DNA of 64,000 bases from Somniosus microcephalus (taxonomy: Eukaryota), in NCBI GenBank assembly GCA_052327205.1, contig CM126220.1, positions 48,422,001 to 48,486,000 on the forward strand, in the 5' to 3' direction. This document shows positions 12,381 through 23,065 of this stretch, in pieces. The notes beneath the pieces were generated by a model that was given only the letters and a program-made list of their open reading frames with translations, was not told where the DNA came from and made no database searches. Every line of letters begins with the position of its first letter. The stretch's first letter is position 1. Position numbers and translations under genes: made by a program.

Positions 12381-14691
12381 CAGTATCAGAGGGGGCAGGG
12401 TACAAGGAGTAACCCGGTATCAGAGGGAGCAGGGTACAAGGAGTAACCACCGGTATCAGAGGAGAGGGAACAAGGGGAGAGGGAACAAGGAGTAACCTGG
12501 TATCAGAGGGAGCAGGGTACAAGGAGTAACCCAGTATCAGAGGAGAGGGAACAAGGAGTAACTCGGTATCAGAGAAGAGGGAACAAGGAGTAACCCCGGC
12601 ATCAGAGGGGAAGGTACAAGGAGTAACCCGGTATCAGAGGAGAGGGAACAAGGAGTAACCCGGTATCAGAGGAGAGGGAACAAGGAGTAACCTGGTATCA
12701 GAGGAGAGGGAACAAGGAGTAACCCCGGTATCAGAGGAGAGGGAACAAGGAGTAACCCCGGTATCAGAGGAGAGGGAACAAGGAGTAACCCCGGTATCAG
12801 AGGAGAGGGAACAAGGAGTAACCCCGGTATCAGAGGAGAGGGAACAAGGAGTAACCCGGTATCAGAGGAGAGGGAACAAGGAGTAACCCGGTATCAGAGG
12901 AGGGGGAACAAGGAGTAACCTGGTATCAGAGAAGAGGGAACAAGGAGTAACCCCGGTATCAGAGGAGAGGGAACAAGGAGTAACCCGGTATCAGAGGAGA
13001 GGGAACAAGGAGTAACCCGGTATCAGAGGAGAGGGAACAAGGAGTAACCCGGTATCAGAGGAAAGGGTACAAGGAGTAACCCGGTATCAGAGGAGAGGGA
13101 ACAAGGAGTAACCCGGTATCAGAGGAGAGGGAACAAGGGGAGAGGGAACAAGGAGTAACCCGGTATCAGAGGAGAGGGAACAAGGAGTAACCCGGTATCA
13201 GAGGAGAGGGAAGAAGGAGTAACCCGGTATCAGAGGAGAGGGAACAAGGAGTAACCCGGTATCAGAGGAGAGGGTACAAGTAGTAACCCTGGTATCAGAG
13301 GAGAGGGAACAAGGAGTAACCCGGTATCAGAGGAGAGGGTACAAGTAGTAACCCTGGTATCAGAGGAGAGGGAACAAGGAGTAACCCGGTATCAGAGGAG
13401 AGGGAACAAGGAGTAACCCCGGTATCAGAGGAGAGGGAACAAGGAGTAACCCGGTATCAGAGGAGAGGGAACAAGGAGTAACCCGGTATCAGAGGAGAGG
13501 GAACAAGGAGTAACCCGGTATCAGAGGAGAGGGAACAAGGAGTAACCCAGTATCAGAGGAGAGGGTACAAGGAGTAACCCCGGTATCAGAGGAGAGGGAA
13601 CAAGGAGTAACCTCGGTATCAGAGGAGAGGGAACAAGGAGTAACCCGGTATCAGAGGAGAGGGAACAAGGAGTAACCCCGGTATCAGAGGAGAGGGAACA
13701 AGGAGTAACCCAGTATCAGAGGAGAGGGTACAAGGAGTAACCCCGGTATCAGAGGAGAGGGAACAAGGAGTAACCCCGGTATCAGAGGAGAGGGAACAAG
13801 GAGTAACCCGGTATCAGAGGAGAGGGAACAAGGGGAGAGGGAACAAGGAGTAACCCGGTATCAGAGGAGAGGGAACAAGGAGTAACCCGGTATCAGAGGA
13901 GAGGGTACAAGGAGTAACCCGGTATCAGAGGAGAGGGAACAAGGAGTAACCCGGTATCAGAGGAGAGGGAACAAGGGGAGAGGGAACAAGGAGTAACCCG
14001 GTATCAGAGGAGAGGGAACAAGGAGTAACCCGGTATCAGAGGAGAGGGAAGAAGGAGTAACCCGGTGTCAGAGGAGAGGGAACAAGGAGTAACCCGGTGT
14101 CAGAGGAGAGGGTACAAGTAGTAACCCTGGTATCAGAGGAGAGGGAACAAGGAGTAACCCGGTATCAGAGGAGAGGGAACAAGGAGTAACCCGGTATCAG
14201 AGGAGAGGGAACAAGGAGTAACCCGATATCAGAGGAGAGGGAACAAGGAGTAACCCGGTATCAGAGGAGAGGGAACAAGGAGTAACCCGGTATCAGAGGA
14301 GAGGGAACAAGGAGTAACCCGGTATCAGAGGAGAGGGAACAAGGAGTAACCCGGTATCAGAGGAGAGGGTACAAGGAGTAACCCCGGTATCAGAGGAGAG
14401 GGAACAAGGAGTAATCCCGGTATCAGAGGAGAGGGAACAAGGAGTAACCCGGTATCGGAGGAGAGGGAACAAGGGGAGAGGGAACAAGGAGTAACCCGGT
14501 ATCAGAGGAGAGGGTACAAGGAGTAACCCGGTATCAGAGGAGACGGTACAAGGAGTAACCCGGTATCAGAGGAGAGGGAACAAGGGGAGAGTGAACAAGG
14601 AGTAACCCGGTATCAGAGGAGAGGGAACAAGGAGTAACCCGGTATCAGAGGAGAGGGTACAAGGAGTAACCCGGTATCAGAGGGAGCAGGG
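12355..14691 (+). repeat. ~32-33 bp minisatellite GGTATCAGAGGAGAGGGAACAAGGAGTAACCC, left part
   Basis: About 70 head-to-tail near-identical units with no unique spacers; occasional 14-bp sub-duplication GGGGAGAGGGAACAA. Confidence 0.97.
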
Positions 14692-14926
14692 TGATGCGCC
14701 ATCAATTACTCAAAAGACTGAGGTTAAGCGAGTAACAACCAGGCTTTTATTAACTAAAGAATGAAGGTCTAGTCTCGAGTGGTCGACCCGTCCAGAATAC
14801 TAAGGGACTGGGAGGTAGTCACTTATATACCTGGAATAGTGGGAGGAGTCAGCCGAGGCATGTCCAGACCTGTACCTAGTGGAATACACATACACATACA
14901 GACAGGTATAACAGTGGTTTACCACA
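14692..14926 (-). repeat. 3' LTR of Gypsy B
   Basis: Direct repeat of 21137-21371; TATA (GGTATATAAG) and AATAAA on the minus strand. Confidence 0.95.
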
Positions 14927-15450
14927 TTCACCCCTTGTTTAATAATGAGTCCGGCGGGGTGAAGTGTATTTAAAAGTTCGTGTATTGGAGTCTCTCCGGA
15001 GGTCTTGTCTGCCGCTGTGATCGACGTGGCGACGGCAGGGGTGGTGGAGCTTCTGGCGTCGCGTCCCGTGTAGGCTGGGGTACTGGAGTGTAGTCCTCGT
15101 GGGTGACGGTCCAAGGCGAGCCGGCTGCTGGGGTTGGATATCGGGCCGTGGGGGGGGTGGCAATGGGTAGTGGGTTACAGTGGTCCCCGAGAGTGTCGTG
15201 GGGGGGGGTGGTAATGGGTAGTGGGTTACAGCGGTCCCCGAGGGTGCGAGGTCTCGTATGGAGACTGTGTCCTCCCGCCCGTCCGGGTACGCAATGTAAG
15301 CGTACTGGGGGTTGGCGTGGAGGAGGTCAACCCTCTCGACCAGGGGGTCCGTTTTATTGGTCCTCACGTGTCTTCTCAGTAGTACCGGCCCTGGGGACGT
15401 CAGCCATGGCGGTAACGCTGTCCCCGATGTGGACTTCCTTGGGAAGACAA

Positions 15451-17360
15451 GGGATATACAAAAATGCATTAGAAATAAAAGAGGGGCTTTTGGCAGTTAC
15501 AAAAGACTAAAGACAGAAGAAGCCCTAGAGGAGTATAAAAAGTGCAGGGGCATACTTAAAAAAGAAATTAGGAGGGCGAGGAGGGGCCATGAAATAACAC
15601 TGGCGAGCAAAATAAAGGAAAATCCTAAGATGCTTTATAAGTATATTAAGGGCAAGAGGATAACCAGGGAAAGGGTAGGGCCCATTAGGGACCAAAGTGT
15701 AGAGCCAGAGGATGTAGGCGGGGTTTTAAATGAATTTTTTGCATCTGTGTTCACTATGGAGAAAGACGATGCAGACATAGAAATCGGGCAAGGGGACTGT
15801 GACATACTTGAACATATTAGCATCGAGAGGGAGGAGGTGCTAGCGGTTTTAGCGGGCCAAAAAGTGGATAAATCCCCAGGCCCGGACGAGATGTATCCCA
15901 GGCTGCTGTGGGAGGCAAGGGAGGAGATTGCAGGGGCTCTGACACTAATTTTCAGAACCTCTCTGGCCACAGGGGATGTACCAGAGGACTGGAGAACAGC
16001 TAACGTAGTACCATTATTCAAGAAGGGTAGCAGGGATAAACCAGGGAATTACAGGCCAGTGAGTCTAACATCTGTGGTGGGGAAATTATTGGAAAAAATT
16101 CTGAGGGACAAAATTAATCTCCACTTGGAGAGGCAAGGATTAATCGGGGATAGTCAGCATGGCTTTGTCAAGGGTAAATCATGTCTAACAAATCTGATCG
16201 AATTTTTCGAGGGGGTGACTAGTGGGGTGGATGAGGGAAATGCTGTGGATGTGGTTTACATGGACTTCAGTAAAGCTTTTGACAAAGTCCCGCATAGGAG
16301 ACTGGTCAAGAAGGTAAGAGCCCATGGGATCCAGGGTGCCTTGGCGCGTTGGATCCTAAACTGGCTGAGTGGCAGGAGGCAGAGGGTGATGGTCGAAGGT
16401 TGCTTTTGTGACTGGAAGCCTGTGTCCAGTGGGGTACCTCAGGGATCGGTGCTGGGTCCCTTATTGTTTGTGATCTACATAAATGATTTGGATGAGAATG
16501 TAAAAGGTATGATCAGTAAGTTCGCAGATGACACGAAAATTGGTGGGGTGGTAAATTGCGAGGAGGAAAGCCTCCGGCTACAGGACGATATAAACGGGTT
16601 GGTCAGATGGGCGGAAAAGTGGCAAATGGAATTTAACCCTGAAAAGTGCGAGGTGATGCATTTTGGACGGACAAATAAGGCAAGGGAATACACAATGAGT
16701 GGTAGGACCCTAGGAAGTACAGAGGGTCAGAGGGACCTTGGTGTACATGTACATAGATCCCTGAAGGCAGCGGAGCAGGTAGATAAGGTGGTTAAAAAGG
16801 CATATGGGATACTTGCCTTCATTAGCCGAGGCATAGAATATAAGAGCAGGGAGGTTATGATGGAGCTGTACAAAACGCTGGTGAGGCCACAGCTGGAGTA
16901 CTGTGTGCAGTTCTGGTCACCTCACTATAGGAAGGATGTGATTGCTTTGGAGAGGGTGCAGAGAAGATTCACCAAGATGTTACCTGGGATGGAGCGCCTC
17001 AGCTATGAAGAGAGGCTGGACAGGCTGGAGTTGTTTTCCTTGGAGCAGAGAAGGCTGAGGGGGGACCTGATTGAGGTGTACAAAATAATGAGGGGCATAG
17101 ATAGGGTAGATAAAGAGGAACTTTTCCCCTTAGTGGGGGGGTCAATAACAAGGGGGCATAGATTCAGGGTAAGGGGCAGGAGATTTAGAGGGGATTTGAG
17201 GAGGAACTTTTTCACCCAGAGGGTGGTTGGAATGTGGAACTCAATGCCTGAAAGGGTGGTGGAGGCAGGAACCCTCACAACATTCAAGAAGCATTTGGAT
17301 GAGCACTTGAAATGCCATTGCATACAAGGCTATGGACCAAATGCTGGAAAATGGGATTAG
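15451..17360 (+). pseudogene. CR1 ORF2 reverse transcriptase fragment (open frame, no endonuclease, no native start)
   Basis: KSPGPD, NYRPVSLTS, DFSKAFDKV, GVPQGSVLGP, KFADDTK; no internal stop over ~636 codons. Confidence 0.93.
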
Positions 17361-17446
17361 ACTGGACAGGGATGGATGGGCGGTGCAGACACGATGGGCC
17401 GAAGGGCCTCTTTCTGTGCTGTAAAACTCTATGACTCTATGACTCT
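15451..17446 (+). mobile_element. 5'-truncated CR1 LINE nested in the Gypsy B integrase; flanking AAGACAA repeat
   Basis: AAGACAA at 15444-15450 and 17447-17453; (ctctatga)n tail; removing it restores the integrase sequence HEKMF-VFPRKS. Confidence 0.95.
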
Positions 17447-17776
17447 AAGACAAACATTTTCTCGTGAGGGGTGGCATTGGTGGCAGTGCAGAGCAGTGAC
17501 CGAATCGAGTGGAGCGCATCGGGGAGCACCTCCTGCCAGCGGGAGGTCGGAAGGCCCCTAGACTTTAAGGCTAGTAGGGCGGCCTTCCAAACTGTTGCAT
17601 TCTCTCTTTCCACCTGTCCGTTCCCCCGGGGGTTGTAACTGGTGGTCCTGCTTGTGGCTATACCCCTAGCGAGCAGGTACTGGCGGAGTTCGTCGCTCAT
17701 AAACGATGAGCCCCGGTTGCTATGGATATAGCTGGGGAAACCGAACAGGGTGAAGAGGCTGTTCAGACATTTAATG

Positions 17777-17978
17777 GTGTGGAGATGCCGGAGTTGGACT
17801 GGGGTGGACAAATGTAAGAAATCACACAACACCAGGTTATAGTCCAACAGCTTTATTTGAAATCACAAGCTTTCGGGGCGCTGCTCCTTCTTCACCTGAA
17901 GAAGGAGCAGCGCCCCGAAAGCTTGTGATTTCAAATAAAGCTGTTGGACTATAACCTGGTGTTGTGTGATTTCTTACA
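17777..17978. mobile_element. Short Penelope-type inverted (foldback) insertion with a ~15-bp flanking duplication
   Basis: Perfect inverted arms 17811-17894 and 17897-17980; TTCAGACATTTAATG at 17762-17776 and 17979-17993; contains CTGAAGA...GAAA. Confidence 0.85.
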
Positions 17979-20900
17979 TTCAGACATTTAATGACTGTGG
18001 CACTGGTCATGTCCGGGCAGGGGATAGCGAACGGGAAATGGGAGTACTCGTCAATGATGTTGAGGAAGTACACATTGCGGTCGGAGGAGGGGAGAGGCCC
18101 TTTAAAATCGACGCTCAGGCGTTCGAAAGGGCGAGTGGCTTTTATCAGGTGGGCTCTGTCTGGTCTATAAAAGTGCGGTTTGCACTCAGCGCAGACTTGG
18201 CAGTTCTTGGTCATGGTCCTGACCTCCTCAATGGAGTAAGGCAGGTTGCGGGCCTTGATGAAGTGGAAGAACCTGGTGACCCCCGGGTGGCAGAGGTCAT
18301 TGTGGAGGGCCCTCAGCCTATCGATCTGCGCACTGGCGCAGGTGCCACGCGATAGGGCATCTGGGGGTTCATTGAGCTTCCCAGGCCGGTACAAGATCTC
18401 GTAATTGTAGGTGGAAAGTTCGATCCTCCACCTCAAGATCTTGTCATTTTTGATTTTGCCCCTCTGCTTGTTGTTGAACATAAAAGCAACTGAACGCTGG
18501 TCAGTGAGCAGGGTAAATCGTTTTCCGGCCAGTTAGTGCCTCCAATGACGCACAGCCTCCACAATAGCCTGGGCCTCCTTCTCGACCGCGGAGTGTCTGG
18601 TCTCCGGGCCCTGGAGGGTTCGTGAGAAGAATGCCACAGGTCTCCCCGCCTGATTAAGGGTGGCGGCCAGAGCGAAGTCGGACGCATCGCTTTCCACCTG
18701 GAAGGGGATGGATTCGTCCACTGCGTGCATGGTGGCTTTGGCAATGTCCTCCTTGATACGGTGGAAGGCCGAGCGGGCCTCTGCCATCAGGGGAAAAGAG
18801 GTGGATTTGATCAGCGGACGGGCTTTGTCTGCATAGTAGGGGACCCACTGGGCGTAGTAGGAAAAAAATCCTAGGCACCTCTTCAGAGCTTTTAGGCAGT
18901 GGGGCAGTGGGAGTTCCATAAGGGGACGCATCCGGTCCGGGTCGGGACCGATGACCCCGTGTTCCACAACACAGCCAAGGATGGCGAGGCGGTCTGTGCG
19001 GAATATGCACTTCTCCTTGTTATATGTCAGGTTCAGGAGTTGGGCGGTGCGGAGGAATTTCTCGAGGTTTGCGTCATGGTCCTGCAAGTCATGGCCGCAG
19101 ATGGTCACATTGTCTAGGTAAGGGAAAGTGGCCTGCAGCGCGTTTTGATCGACCATCCGGTCCATCTCCCTTTGGAAGGCGGAGACCCCGTTGGTAACGC
19201 CAAAGGGAACCCTAAGGAAGTGATAGAGGCGGCCGTTTGCCTCAAAAGCAGTATACTGGCGGTCTTCGGGGCGGATGGGGAGCTGGTGGTACGCTGATTT
19301 CAGGTCAATGGTCGGAAAGACGCGGTACTGCGCGATCTGGTTGACCATGTCAGCTATGCGGGGGAGTGGGTAGGCGTCCAGCAGGGTGTAGCGGTTTATT
19401 GTTTGGCTGTAGTCGATGACCAGGCGTTGTTTCTCGCCGGTCTTAACGACCACAACCTGGGCTCGCCAGGGGCTGGAGCTGCCCTCAATAATCCCCTCCT
19501 TCAGGAGCCGCTCCACTTCAGTTTTGATGAAAATCCTGTCCCCGGCACTGTATCGCCTGCTCTTTGTGGCGATGGGCTTACAGTCGGGGGTGAGGTTAGC
19601 AAACAGTAGCGGGGGTGGGACTCTGAGTGTGGAGAGGTTGCATCTGGTGCGCGGCGGGCAATTTGGAGGCTGCTGGCTGCAGACTGTGAGTGGGGGGAGG
19701 GGGCCACCGTACGCCATCGTAACGCTTTTGAGGTGGCACTGGAAATCCAACCCCAGTAGAACGGCAGCGCAAAGTTGGGGCAGGACCAGGAGTTTAAAAT
19801 TATTGAACACAGTCCCGTCTACTACTAGTGTCACCACGCAGTAGCTGCCAATGTCCGCTGACTGAGACTCGGCGGCCATAGAAATCCGCTGGTGCGCAGG
19901 CAGGACTGGGAGAGAGCAACGCCGCACCGTGTCGGGGTGGATGAAGCTCTCTGTGCTCCCGGAGTCAAAAAGGCAGTTTATTGCATGGCCGTTTACCTTA
20001 ACGTCCATTTTGGACCGAGCTAGTTGGTGCGGTCTCGTTTGGTCCAACGTAACAGAGGCCAGTGTAGGGGTCGGTGTGTCGCTGCGGGTATCAGATGGGG
20101 GGGGGTTGGCAGCCTGCTGCGTCCCGGCTGGTGTCCAAGATGGCGGCGTCCATGATTCCCATGTGGCTGGAGTCGTCCAAGATGGCTGCTGCTGCGGTGG
20201 TTCGCACATGGCTGGGGAGGCCCAAGATGGCGGCCCGCACGGCCCACACGCGGCGCTGTTGGGGGCCCAAGATGGCGGCTCGCACGGCCCACACGCGGCG
20301 CTGCTGGCGTTCGGGGTGGCTTTGGCCTTGCAGATGCTAGCGTAGTGTCCCTTTTTCCCGCAGCCCGAGCAGGTCGCATTCTTCGCCGGGCAGCGCGCTC
20401 TGGGGTGTTTGGCCTGGCCACAGAAGTAGCATTTCTGGCCTTGGGATACTGCTGTCTGGCTTTGGGACACTGCTGCAGTGGTTGGGCCGTTGTTGGGCTG
20501 TGGCTGGGGTGGCACGGTGCTATGGGGCTGTCCTACCGTGTCCCAGGTTGTCGTTCCCCGCGGCGTCCACGGTGCAGAGGACTAGGCATCCATGCCCCGG
20601 TAGGCTGCGTCCAGCGTTAGTGCGATTTCGGAGGCTTTGTCGAGGGTGAGGTCACTCTGCTCCAGCAGTCGCTGTCGGGTGTAGTTGGACCTGTGGCCCG
20701 CTACGAAGGCATCCCGGATCAGTTCCTCCGTGTACTTAGTGGACGTTACCACCTTACACCCACAGGCCCGGCCAAGCACGGACAGTGCTTGGAGGTATTC
20801 CTCAGTCGATTCCCCAGGTTGTTGCTTGCGACTCCCCAGGAGGTGCCTGGCGTAAACTTCGTTCACAGGGTGCGTGTACTGGGTCTTGAGGAGCTGGAGG

Positions 20901-21136
20901 GCGGCTGTGTACGAGGTCGCGTCCCGGATGACTGAGTACACTCGGTGGTTCACCTTGGAGATCAGGACAGACAGTTTGTTCGCATCCGTTACGACCGCAG
21001 TGGAGGCAGTCAGGAATGCCTCGAAGCACATGAGCCAGTGAGCAAACTTGGTGGAAGCGTCCGCTTCCCGACTGTCCAGGTCCAGGCATGCTGGTGTGAG
21101 GATCTTCTCCATTATAAAAAATTTAGTTAATAAAAT

Positions 21137-21371
21137 TGATGCGCCATCAATTACTCAAAAGACTGAGGTTAAGCGAGTAACAACCAAGCTTTTATTAACT
21201 AAAGAATGAAGGTCTAGTCTCGAGTGGTCGACCCGTCCAGAATACTAAGGGACTGGGAGGTAGTCACTTATATACCTGGAATAGTGGGAGGAGTCAGCTG
21301 AGGCATGTCCAGACCTGTACCTAGTGGAATACACATACACATACAGACAGGTATAACAGTGGTTTACCACA
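21137..21371 (-). repeat. 5' LTR of Gypsy B
   Basis: Direct repeat of 14692-14926; gag ATG lies only ~25 nt downstream. Confidence 0.95.
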
Positions 21372-22038
21372 CAGGGTACAAGGAGTAACCCGGTATCAGA
21401 GGAGAGGGAACAAGGAGTAACCCGGTATCAGAGGAGAGGGAACAAGGAGTAACCCGATATCAGAAGAGAGGGAACAAGGAGTAACCCGGTATCAGAGGAG
21501 AGGGAACAAGGAGTAACCCGGTATCAGAGGAGAGGGAACAAGGAGTAACCCGGTATCAGAAGAGAGGGAACAAGGAGTAACCCGGTATCAGAGGAGAGGG
21601 AACAAGGAGTAACCCGGTATCAGAGGGAGCAGGGTACAAGGAGTAACCCTGGTATCAGAGGAGAGGGAACAAGGAGTAACCCGGTATCAGAGGAGAGGGA
21701 ACAAGGAGTAACCCGGTATCAGAGGGAGCAGGGTACAAGGAGTAACCCTGGTATCAGAGGAGAGGGAACAAGGAGTAACCCGGTATCAGAAGAGAGGGAA
21801 CAAGGAGTAACCCGGTATCAGAAGAGAGGGAACAAGGAGTAACCCGGTATCAGAGGAGAGGGAACAAGGAGTAACCCGGTATCAGAGGAGAGGGAACAAG
21901 GAGTAACCCCGGTATCAGAGGGAGCAGGGTACAAGGAGTAACCCCGGTATCAGAGGAGAGGGAACAAGGAGTAACCCAGTATCAGAGGAGAGGGAACAAG
22001 GGGAGAGGGAACAAGGAGTAACCCGGTATCAGAGGAGA
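21372..22038 (+). repeat. ~32-bp minisatellite, right part
   Basis: About 20 further units; register continues across the CAGGG TSD. Confidence 0.97.
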
Positions 22039-23065
22039 TTAATTATTTTAAAAATACCTATTTAAAAAATTATTTATACAAGACATGTGCTTAACAAGAA
22101 ATATAAGCTTAGTGTCTACTTTAAAACAATGTTTACAGCACAGAAGGAGGCTATTTCACCCACTGTGTCTGTACCACCTCTGCTACAGAAAAATAAAATG
22201 AACCCCACTGCCCGGCTCTACCCACTCAGCCGGCTATCTTCCTAGTAATTTTGCTCTGGGATCATTGCACCTTTCTGGTTTTACAGAGGTAATCTACAGG
22301 CTTTGCTTCAGTCCGTCAACAGAACGGACTCAAATCAGTATTGTGAGTGCAGAAAAGCTGATATTAGAACATTGAGCCTCCACCTCTTCCAGCCTTTGTG
22401 CAGCTTCCTTGGGGATAATTTTCAACTTGCCACCTATGCACAACACTGGTGTTGCAGATCCTCCACCTTTTATAGAAACAGCATGGAACTCAATGGAATT
22501 ATAATTGGACAGTTTCTATAATGGGAAGTTTTATGTACAATGAAAATCTACGTTTTCCTATGTTGTGTACAGATGTTCTCTGTAGGTTCCTCACTGCATT
22601 ACTTCCACGTCGCTCCATAGTGGGATCACTCACGTCTGAGGATCTGGAGAACTCTGTATTTCCCTTTTTCAGGCTGTTTGGCGACCTTACCCCAGCCTCC
22701 AAAGAATTACAACTTCATCCCCAAGTTTTAACTTTAATTCTTTAGTTCCACCATTTTTCTTTCTTTCATCTTGTTGGCTTAACCTTTTTTGGGGATTTGG
22801 TCCCAGTTTTCACTTTTGATTTTGCCCTGAATTTTAATTATTTTTTCATGATGTCCATTTCAGGTTCCTGCAAGTTATGTTGGACTCACGGGACTTTATC
22901 TCAGCCCAATCTATTTCTGGGCCTGGCATTTCCTTCTGGTGGCAACACAAGTACATAGGATCTCCTTAGCCCCCTGGTTGTGTCACTGGATGTCTTCATT
23001 CTCATTTTATGTAATTTGCTGTTTATTCTTTCTCAAATGTTCCAGTTTAGGCAGCAATATCAGCA

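Larger units (their letters stand above)
14939..21112 (-). pseudogene. Gypsy B gag-pol, disrupted by two stops and two nested insertions
   Basis: Gag 21112-20582; CYFCGQAKHPRARC, LFDSGS, YLDNVTICG, VESDASD; integrase HNDLCHPG...CQVC, SVDFKGP, NGQVER; segments 21112, 20515 and 18481 are in one frame. Confidence 0.92.
14692..21371 (-). mobile_element. Full-length Ty3/Gypsy LTR retrotransposon B inserted in the minisatellite; 5-bp TSD CAGGG
   Basis: 235-bp LTRs at 14692-14926 and 21137-21371 (2 mismatches seen), TG...CA ends, TSD at 14687-14691 and 21372-21376, PPT-like AAGGGGTGAA before the 3' LTR. Confidence 0.96.

Noticed and set aside
15312-15450. N-terminal signal-peptide-like extension on the 682-aa CR1 ORF
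   Set aside because: It is antisense Gypsy integrase sequence upstream of the CR1 truncation point, with a non-ATG start; an accidental in-frame fusion.
20516-20584. Programmed gag-pol readthrough at the TAG in Gypsy B
   Set aside because: The stop lies before the zinc knuckle, and another in-frame stop at 18533 falls inside RNase H, so mutational decay is more likely; needs the family consensus.
12355-22038. CRISPR array
   Set aside because: Units are head-to-tail with no unique spacers, there are no cas genes, and the context is eukaryotic; it is a minisatellite.
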